In this document: positions 55,886 to 62,592 of the stretch, piece after piece
Layout of the letters: each line of letters starts with the position of its first letter
Position numbering within the stretch: position 1 is the first letter of the stretch
Virus record (IMG/VR): IMGVR_UViG_3300020473_000013
Span: 1 to 64,000 of that record
Direction: 5' to 3' (one strand)
Length of the DNA: 64,000 nucleotides
Made by a program: the position numbers and the translations under genes
The notes under the pieces: model-generated
What the model saw: the letters and a program-made list of their open reading frames with translations, nothing else
What the model was told of the DNA's origin: nothing
The model's database searches: none

Positions 55886-57571
55886 CTATGCCTTCGTGCT
55901 GTCGATGGCTTTCTGAATCTTGGCGGGAGGACGAATACCGAGCTTGGTGTAGAAGTCAGCCAGCACCTCAGGCGCGATGTAGTTCTGGATCGCGGTGTTG
56001 GACGTGTACTTCTCACCGCTCATGTGGCCGAGCTCCTTACCTATTTCAAGCATACGTGCTTCCACCCACTGATTCACGTCGCGCTCGGTCCAATCTCCGT
56101 CTTTCTTGAACGGAGACTGCTTGAGGACTTTAGTTGCCATCAGCGTGCCGCGCGCAGTACGCAGCTTGTGGATGGTGAAGCCTTTGGGGAATCCGATGGA
56201 AGCCATATAGCGGCTCACGGTCGTACTGGTGAAGCCTTTTCCATTGAACTCAAACACCGTGTCTGTACCTTTCTTGCCTTTCAACAGCGCCTTCAGGTTC
56301 TTGGCTAGCAGCTTGAGAGCGTTGGACTTGGTGTACTGAATAACGTGCTTCTGCTTCCCACCTGACTTGCCTTGATAGGTCACGGTGATCTTATGATCGT
56401 CCACGTGGAAGTGCTTGGCCTGGAGCTGGGTAGCGCCGAACGTGCGCTGGCCCTTCGACTCGGCATTCGGGTTGCCGGCTCGCGCACTGGTGTCATAGAT
56501 GAACTCCACGAGAGTGGCCAGAACGCCGCTGCGCTTGGACGTATCCCGCATATCCTGACGCCACTTCTTGGCCAGCGTGTTCATCTTCGGCATGGTGTCA
56601 CCCACCACGCTAAACTTCTTGGTCTTGGACTGCGACCGGAAGTTCTCGGTGTAGGCCCGTGCAGGCTTCTGACCTCCAGGAGGGGTGAACTCGCAGACGT
56701 AAGCGTTATCCTTCTTGGCATCATAGGCGGGATTCATCCGCACCTCGCCAGCAGGGGCTTGAACCAGCTTGCGGCCTTCAGTCGTGTAGAACTTACCCGC
56801 GTCGTCGATCATACCCACAAAGCCAGTAGGCAAGGTGTGCGGGATGCCTTCGTCCTTGAGCTTCTCAGCGACCTCGCGAACAGGAAGGTAAGGCTTACCG
56901 CTACTCCGCACAAGCGATTGGAGGCGTGTCTTGAAGGACTGGTTGAGTGCGCGACGAAGCTCCAGATAGCGCTTGTGGTCTTTCAGCTTCTCACCTCGCT
57001 TCTTGGCCACCTCTTGCCACTGCTGGAGAACAGGAATCGGGAGCTGCAGGCCCGACGAGCCTGTATACTTCTCCACGAGCGTCTCCAGCTCCGACTGCTC
57101 CTCGTTGGTATCCTCATGATCCTCGACGAACAGAGTATTGATGTCAGGGTCGCCGAAGCGGCTGACGACCTTGGATAAGCGACGGTACGCAGCGGCACTC
57201 TCCTTGGTCTGAATGAGGCGCAGGTCGTTCAGGAGCGTGATGTCCTCGCGACGAAGGTCCAGCTCCTTCTTCATGACATCCTTCTTCTCTTGGATGCCTG
57301 ACACCACAGCGTCGATATTCTCGTGGAGCCTGTCGTCCTCGTTCGGGTCCACCTCCTGCATAATCGCCTTATAAGCAGCGTCGATCGGACGCTTGGCAAG
57401 ACGAAAGCGCTTGATGAACTCCTGAGCATCGCGGTGCCAAGCAGTCAGCTTGCGGCGGTACGACGGCTTGTAGTCGAACTCGTAGGCCATAACGAAAGTC
57501 ATGACCATCTTCATGTAAGACTCGGCACTGTGTCGGTCCACGGCCGAGAGGGATTGGAAACCTAAAAGCAT
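55886..57571 (-). CDS. DNA topoisomerase IB with long N-terminal extension
   Basis: Catalytic pentad in order: R (SARAGN), K (YQGKSG), R (HKLRTA), H (ELGH), Y (IQNYI). Confidence 0.85.
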   Translation of the reverse strand: MLLGFQSLSAVDRHSAESYMKMVMTFVMAYEFDYKPSYRRKLTAWHRDAQEFIKRFRLAKRPIDAAYKAIMQEVDPNEDDRLHENIDAVVSGIQEKKDVMKKELDLRREDITLLNDLRLIQTKESAAAYRRLSKVVSRFGDPDINTLFVEDHEDTNEEQSELETLVEKYTGSSGLQLPIPVLQQWQEVAKKRGEKLKDHKRYLELRRALNQSFKTRLQSLVRSSGKPYLPVREVAEKLKDEGIPHTLPTGFVGMIDDAGKFYTTEGRKLVQAPAGEVRMNPAYDAKKDNAYVCEFTPPGGQKPARAYTENFRSQSKTKKFSVVGDTMPKMNTLAKKWRQDMRDTSKRSGVLATLVEFIYDTSARAGNPNAESKGQRTFGATQLQAKHFHVDDHKITVTYQGKSGGKQKHVIQYTKSNALKLLAKNLKALLKGKKGTDTVFEFNGKGFTSTTVSRYMASIGFPKGFTIHKLRTARGTLMATKVLKQSPFKKDGDWTERDVNQWVEARMLEIGKELGHMSGEKYTSNTAIQNYIAPEVLADFYTKLGIRPPAKIQKAIDSTKA

Positions 57572-57585
57572 TACAATGACTCTCC

Positions 57586-58011
57586 CTATAGGAAAAGGCG
57601 GTTAAAATCGTTCAGGTACTTGAGATTCTTGATGTCCTTCTGGTCCACCTTACGTCCGACATAGCGGACGCTAGGCTTCCACTCGATGGACTGGGTAGGC
57701 TCGATGACCTCGTTGTTGGAGACGCAAAAGGAATGCGTCACTAGGTCAAAGCCAAAGTCACCATCAGGAAGAATCAGGTACCCGACGTACAAATCCACAC
57801 CTTGCGCCTGTGAGTAGTCAACGGCGTTCTGGTGCGGAGTGTTCTCGTTATAGAGTGCAAGGTTGCGCCCTCGCTTGATAACAGGCAATGCCCGGAGGCG
57901 TACCTCGATGTCCGGCATGTAGCTGTACTTTCGCGTCAGCTTTTCCAGCACCGTTGGAGGCAAAGGTTGCGTATTGAACTCCGGTGCCGCCTTAGCTACG
58001 GCTATTCGCAT
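57586..58011 (-). CDS. Hypothetical protein
   Basis: Start moved to MRIAVAKA (ATG 58011) after GGAGGA. Confidence 0.65.
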   Translation of the reverse strand: MRIAVAKAAPEFNTQPLPPTVLEKLTRKYSYMPDIEVRLRALPVIKRGRNLALYNENTPHQNAVDYSQAQGVDLYVGYLILPDGDFGFDLVTHSFCVSNNEVIEPTQSIEWKPSVRYVGRKVDQKDIKNLKYLNDFNRLFL

Positions 58012-58591
58012 TGTATCCTCCCTGCAGCTTGTGTAGTCCGAGGAGTTGGGCAGCCTCATCCGCACGGGCCTCAAGCGGAATCTTGCTCGACAGCACGGGA
58101 TGACCGCGCAGTGATGCCATTGTGGTCATCGTAGTGTCCAGCAGGCGCATGTGCTGAGCCTCCTTGCGGCCTTTATACGGCTCGTCCGCGAACTCCAGAT
58201 CAGGATGCGGCTGAACCACCAGGATAGAGGTGAAACGGTCGGTAAGCTCGCGTGCTCGTGCAATATATGCGTTCGAGTCCTCGTGCTCAAAGCCTCCTTC
58301 CTCTACCATCGTTGTCAACAGATAGCTAACGAGGTCGATAGGCGTACGGTCGAACACAACAGGACAACTGAGGCCTTCCCATGTCGTGATAGCGGCGTCC
58401 AAGTTGTCAAGCGCTGTGTTCTGAACGGCAAAGCGTTGCTCCCAAGTGAGTATCTGGTCGGGAAGCAAACCGTGCTGCTCAAAGCTCATACGGATGACGG
58501 AAGGTTGGAACTCCAGATCGTACTGTGCGGCTAAGGTCTCCGCCAGGTAGGTTTTACCGCAGCGGTGCACACCAGTCAGGCCGTAGATCAT
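57992..58591 (-). CDS. P-loop kinase/ATPase (AAA_28-like; possible dNMP kinase)
   Basis: GLTGVHRCGKT Walker A and FDRTPID. Confidence 0.75.
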   Translation of the reverse strand: MIYGLTGVHRCGKTYLAETLAAQYDLEFQPSVIRMSFEQHGLLPDQILTWEQRFAVQNTALDNLDAAITTWEGLSCPVVFDRTPIDLVSYLLTTMVEEGGFEHEDSNAYIARARELTDRFTSILVVQPHPDLEFADEPYKGRKEAQHMRLLDTTMTTMASLRGHPVLSSKIPLEARADEAAQLLGLHKLQGGYNANSRS

Positions 58592-58603
58592 CTTCTTTCC
58601 TTA

Positions 58604-59095
58604 TCAGTCCAAATTGTTCAGGTAGAGGCGCTTCCGACGCTTGATAGTGCGGCGAGACTCACCACCTCTCCAAGCCATACGCAGGACTAGCTCCTGCAGC
58701 ACGGTTGGGTCCACCTGCCGTTTCTTGGCATTTAGCTTGACCTGCACATAGCCGGTCTTCTCGCTCAGCATCATGATGCCTACGCCGTGCTCTTTCAGCT
58801 CGGGTCGCACCTTCTTCATAAACTTTTCGTTCTGGCAGAGTTTCTGGCTAAAAACCATGTAGAGGCGGTTTGTATATGGTAGGTAGGTCTTCCATTTCTT
58901 GTCGGTTCTGTAGTCGGCAGGGCAAGACTTCACCTCGCATCCTATCAGGTCACCTTTCGTGTTGAGCGCCAGCACGTCCAGCCGCTTCTTGCCCCAAGCC
59001 TCAACGCCGATTTCTATATGGCAGGAATAGCGCTTGTGGGACAGGTAGTGGACAGCGGCCTGCGTCAGCGTCGCGGTCGTGTGTTTTCGTGACAT
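58604..59095 (-). CDS. MmcB/DUF1052-like PD-(D/E)XK nuclease
   Basis: E.....RLDVLAL...G.LIGCEVKSCPADYRTDKKW..YL.Y..RLY pattern. Confidence 0.75.
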   Translation of the reverse strand: MSRKHTTATLTQAAVHYLSHKRYSCHIEIGVEAWGKKRLDVLALNTKGDLIGCEVKSCPADYRTDKKWKTYLPYTNRLYMVFSQKLCQNEKFMKKVRPELKEHGVGIMMLSEKTGYVQVKLNAKKRQVDPTVLQELVLRMAWRGGESRRTIKRRKRLYLNNLD

Positions 59096-59126
59096 GGCAA
59101 AGTTTGTGTCCTGACCTGTGATGCTC

Positions 59127-59133
59127 TAAATTA
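59127..59133 (-). promoter_or_regulatory. TAATTTA putative late-promoter motif
   Basis: Immediately after a terminator, 32 nt upstream of ATG 59095. Confidence 0.5.
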
Positions 59134-59143
59134 GTTGGCCTAA

Positions 59144-59180
59144 GACACAAAAAAGGGCCGAGATCGTGTGATCCCAGCCC
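59144..59180 (-). terminator. Intrinsic terminator T1
   Basis: Minus strand GGGCTGGGATC-ACAC-GATCTCGGCCC then TTTTTT. Confidence 0.8.
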
Positions 59181-59268
59181 GATTTACACTATGCCGATTG
59201 TCAGTTGCAGTAGAGCTTGAAACTCATGACGTGCAAGGCCTTGCACGCCGATCCTGGCCTTGATTTTT

Positions 59269-59637
59269 TTAAGGAGCGGCCCAGATAGTGAAGGCGTCAT
59301 CCCAAGTTTCAGCACGGAACACAGGCATATCCGAAATATCCGCGCGCCTGGGGAACTCTGGATGCGGGAACTGCAGGATGATAAAAGGCGCGTCGCCAAA
59401 CAGATCGGCGAAATCAGGAGCGCGGTCTGTCTCCATCAGTAGGCGCAGGCCTCCATCTTTGTGGTAGTAGAAACCTTCGTTCCTCGAGTCACCACCCACC
59501 ATCGCACCGTCGGTAGGTTGGCTCAAGTACGGCGAAAGTACCGCAGCGTTCAATGCCATGTCGTCCCGAACGTTGCCGTCCGCATCAACGCCTAACATTT
59601 CATACAGGCCATATTTAGTGATCGGTGCAATATTCAT
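59269..59637 (-). CDS. Hypothetical protein in its own sigma70 transcription unit
   Basis: AAGGAG RBS, consensus promoter upstream, terminators on both sides. Confidence 0.7.
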   Translation of the reverse strand: MNIAPITKYGLYEMLGVDADGNVRDDMALNAAVLSPYLSQPTDGAMVGGDSRNEGFYYHKDGGLRLLMETDRAPDFADLFGDAPFIILQFPHPEFPRRADISDMPVFRAETWDDAFTIWAAP

Positions 59638-59727
59638 GTTGCGTCTCCTTGCTTATATGAGGTGCCTTAACTAAAGCCGTAACCGCATGACTTTGCCTAT
59701 CGTTTCGGCCACTGCTCCAGTAACTTC

Positions 59728-59756
59728 ATTATATCAAAAATCATGGCCAAGTACAA
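59728..59756 (-). promoter_or_regulatory. Sigma70-type (early) promoter
   Basis: Minus strand TTGTAC-17 nt-TATAAT with an extended TGn element. Confidence 0.75.
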
Positions 59757-59790
59757 CTCACAAGCAGACGCAAAGTTTGCGTGGTGTGGA

Positions 59791-59825
59791 GACACAAAAA
59801 AGCCGAGACCTTTCGATCCCGGCTT
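59791..59825 (-). terminator. Intrinsic terminator T2 (sequence-related to T1)
   Basis: Minus strand AAGCCGGGATC-GAAA-GGTCTCGGCTT then TTTT. Confidence 0.8.
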
Positions 59826-59829
59826 ACGA

Positions 59830-60345
59830 TCAAGTCTGGAATAGCCCAACTCGTTCCTCCACAGGGTTGAGTTCAGGCATGACCTCCAGTAGTTGTTCCT
59901 TCTTCATATACGGCCAATTCTTCGGCATGCGTAGCCTTCGACCTTTCTTATCCAACAGAAGGAGCATGAACTTGTAACCCTTCTCGTGGCAAGCAATGGC
60001 CTTAGCCTTAGTCATGCTGAATCCGCGCTGCTTGTTGTGGTTCAAGCCTAAGGTGTGGACAGACTTCACCTCGACGATCAAGCGTTTGGAAATAACGTAG
60101 ATGTCGGGAAAGTAGGTCCGCATCTTGCCTCGGTACTTGTACCGTATGTCGAGCCCGTTGCCGAACTCCTCCTCGCACCGAATATCGTCAGGGCTAATAC
60201 CAAGCTCAGTAGTCAGATACTCGATTGCCTGCGGTTCGTACCCTTGAACCTTTACTTGGCGATCTCCTACTTTGGCGGCGTACTGACGATACTTGGTGTA
60301 CCGCTTTCCCTTGCGCCGTTTCTTTTTCACCGTTCCTGAAAGCAT
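59830..60345 (-). CDS. PD-(D/E)XK endonuclease (TnsA-N / head-completion-nuclease-like fold)
   Basis: YKYRGKMRTYFPDIY...LIVEVKS. Confidence 0.7.
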   Translation of the reverse strand: MLSGTVKKKRRKGKRYTKYRQYAAKVGDRQVKVQGYEPQAIEYLTTELGISPDDIRCEEEFGNGLDIRYKYRGKMRTYFPDIYVISKRLIVEVKSVHTLGLNHNKQRGFSMTKAKAIACHEKGYKFMLLLLDKKGRRLRMPKNWPYMKKEQLLEVMPELNPVEERVGLFQT

Positions 60346-60372
60346 GGTGCCTCCCTAATGTGAAGGGAAAGC

Positions 60373-60711
60373 TCAGAAAGAAAGCGCAAGCTGTGTAGGC
60401 TTCTCATGAACAACAGGAGCACTCGGTCGCACAAGGCTAGGCTTTCGCGGCGCCTGCGGGACAGTTGCTACCTTAGCCTTAACGGCCTGCTTCTTCATGA
60501 AGGCCTTATACCCAGACATGCGCTTCCATACGCCCGCTACGTAGGCGTGAAAGTTGCTGTCCTCGCGATCAAACTTCCCAGAGTTAACGGCAGTACGATA
60601 GGCTTTAGCCCACAAGGCGTCCAGCTTCTCCGCGGCCTCCTGAGGGGAGAGACGTTTGATCTTGGCGTAGTCCTTCGCAAATTCACGTACCAGGCTTTCT
60701 TGAGTTCCCAT
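60373..60711 (-). CDS. Small basic hypothetical protein
   Basis: AGGAGG RBS and TAATTTA upstream. Confidence 0.7.
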   Translation of the reverse strand: MGTQESLVREFAKDYAKIKRLSPQEAAEKLDALWAKAYRTAVNSGKFDREDSNFHAYVAGVWKRMSGYKAFMKKQAVKAKVATVPQAPRKPSLVRPSAPVVHEKPTQLALSF

Positions 60712-60743
60712 AACGTCGAACCTCCTATAAAGGTCATCGACGC

Positions 60744-60750
60744 TAAATTA
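60744..60750 (-). promoter_or_regulatory. TAATTTA putative late-promoter motif
   Basis: Intergenic, 33 nt upstream of ATG 60711. Confidence 0.5.
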
Positions 60751-60758
60751 GAGAGGCG

Positions 60759-61232
60759 TCAAGATAAGGCGATCACCTGCACCTTGTCCAACATAGGACC
60801 GAAATGGCGAGGCAGCTTTTTCTTGGCCTGCTTGAGCGTGAACCACTTACGCTCGCGTCGATGTGATTCCATCCAATCATTAAGCTCGCGCTTTACGCGC
60901 ATGGCGTACACTACAACGTGCTGGGGTCGTCCGGTGGCACCTTTGACGTAGGTAAACTCTCCGAGCCGTTTCTTCGCTTTTCCTTTCAGGCCAGCTTCCT
61001 CGAAAGCCTCAGTTGAGGCAGACTCTCGTTTGGTCAGGTCAGGCTCTACCCCGCCTTTCGGGATACCCCACTTACCTGAGTGGGAGCTGGATACCAGAAG
61101 AATCTCCACGTAACCATTGCGAACACGGTACGGGATAACGCCAGATTGCTTGCGAGGCTTGCGCTCCGCATTGCGCTTGCGTTTCTTCTTCGACAGCTTT
61201 TTGGTTGGCTCGGAGGCCACTGCGATTTCCAT
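60759..61232 (-). CDS. Nudix hydrolase
   Basis: ILLVSS...WGIPKGGVE...TEAFEEAGL Nudix-box variant; Lys-rich N-terminus. Confidence 0.85.
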   Translation of the reverse strand: MEIAVASEPTKKLSKKKRKRNAERKPRKQSGVIPYRVRNGYVEILLVSSSHSGKWGIPKGGVEPDLTKRESASTEAFEEAGLKGKAKKRLGEFTYVKGATGRPQHVVVYAMRVKRELNDWMESHRRERKWFTLKQAKKKLPRHFGPMLDKVQVIALS

Positions 61233-61265
61233 TTTGGTTACCTATGAATTGTGCCGGACTCTAGC

Positions 61266-62006
61266 CTACGCAGGAGATACGGCGAATGCCTTATTCTGCT
61301 CCTGCAACTCGGGGTGCTTCTCCAGCATGGAGTTGATGAACCGCTTGATGTTATCGCGGGCTGGTTGCTCCCAGTTTTCCCGCGCGTACTGCGTGCTGTA
61401 GATATGCGAGCGGCTCAGCAGATTGGTAAGGAATTTCACCTGTCCGAACTCGAAGCGCCGCGGAGAGACAGCAAACTCGTCGAACAGCAGGTTGTTGTTC
61501 CGCTCGAACAGAAAGGGATCGTGAAAGCCCAGCAAATCGAGGTCACAGATCGGCATGTGCTTCGGATTGCCCGGGGAATGATGTACGGTGGTCAGGATAG
61601 TACGCTTGGCGTCGTCAAGAACCTTTTGCGGAAGATTCTCGCACAGGTCCTGAGACAGCATACCTCCATACGGGCGGAAGATGAGGTCGAGCATGGCCGC
61701 AGAGGCGTACTCATTCTGACCATTCGCCGCCCCAGGAATGTACACGATGTCATGGAAGAGCCACGCCAGTTGCTGAGCGATGTTCAACACGAACTCATCG
61801 GATTTCTCAGCTAGGAGAAGCGCAAACTTTGCGCCTTCCTTGATATGGTTCCAACCGTGATAGGCGCGGTGGGGTTCGTTGTAGTAATGTTCAACGATCC
61901 GCACAAGCGTTCCAAAACGATGACCCTGGCTAGAATCGTTAGCCAAGGTTTCCATAAGCTCCATGTTAGCAGCTACCATTTCAAACTCCGTAGTTAAATG
62001 AATCAC
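61266..62006 (-). CDS. HD-superfamily metal-dependent phosphohydrolase
   Basis: Y.EPHRAYH...H, WLFHDIVY, NE..SA and DLDL motifs. Confidence 0.8.
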   Translation of the reverse strand: MIHLTTEFEMVAANMELMETLANDSSQGHRFGTLVRIVEHYYNEPHRAYHGWNHIKEGAKFALLLAEKSDEFVLNIAQQLAWLFHDIVYIPGAANGQNEYASAAMLDLIFRPYGGMLSQDLCENLPQKVLDDAKRTILTTVHHSPGNPKHMPICDLDLLGFHDPFLFERNNNLLFDEFAVSPRRFEFGQVKFLTNLLSRSHIYSTQYARENWEQPARDNIKRFINSMLEKHPELQEQNKAFAVSPA

Positions 62007-62500
62007 CGGTTGTAGGCGATTGTGGCTAGGCTCCGAGAAACGTCAGGACCTTTAAGGAATACGTGATTGTCGATGCGACCGACAACATCGTATGCGTAGT
62101 ACCAATTCGGAAGCGTGTTTAGCTTGTCCGGATTCAGGTAATGGGTAGAACCGGCGACGGGAGTCGAAGGCAGACCGTTGTACAAATAGGAATACACAAC
62201 CTGCGCAGCTTCGAGGATTTCCTGTTCGGTGGGAGGGTCAATGAAGTCCATAGCACCGGGGTTTGTCCAAGAGAACTGCGCGGGGTCATGCACCACACCG
62301 CACACCGTATCAGGGTAATCGGAGCGCGATACTCGCTCCATAGTGACCTCTATGACAGCCAGCTTTCCTTCAGGAGATTCGCCGCGAGCCTCGTACACCA
62401 CGTTGTCGATAAGACAGTCGTGGGCTCGATACTGCATCGGTGATTCGTACAGGTCTACTACAACGGCCATCGGGATCAAAAGGCTAGCAATCGCGCTCAT
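62003..62500 (-). CDS. Cell-wall hydrolase, SleB/Hydrolase_2 family
   Basis: CL..NVVYEARGE...AV..V...R....YP.TVCGVV..P.QFSW, and STHYLNP...IDNHVF. Confidence 0.9.
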   Translation of the reverse strand: MSAIASLLIPMAVVVDLYESPMQYRAHDCLIDNVVYEARGESPEGKLAVIEVTMERVSRSDYPDTVCGVVHDPAQFSWTNPGAMDFIDPPTEQEILEAAQVVYSYLYNGLPSTPVAGSTHYLNPDKLNTLPNWYYAYDVVGRIDNHVFLKGPDVSRSLATIAYNR

Positions 62501-62592
62501 ACAATGTACTCCAGTTAAACATCATCTATGACCGTTACCAACTTTAGTAACGGTCGCTCTGCTCTTACGACCAGTATATCACATCTTGGCGC

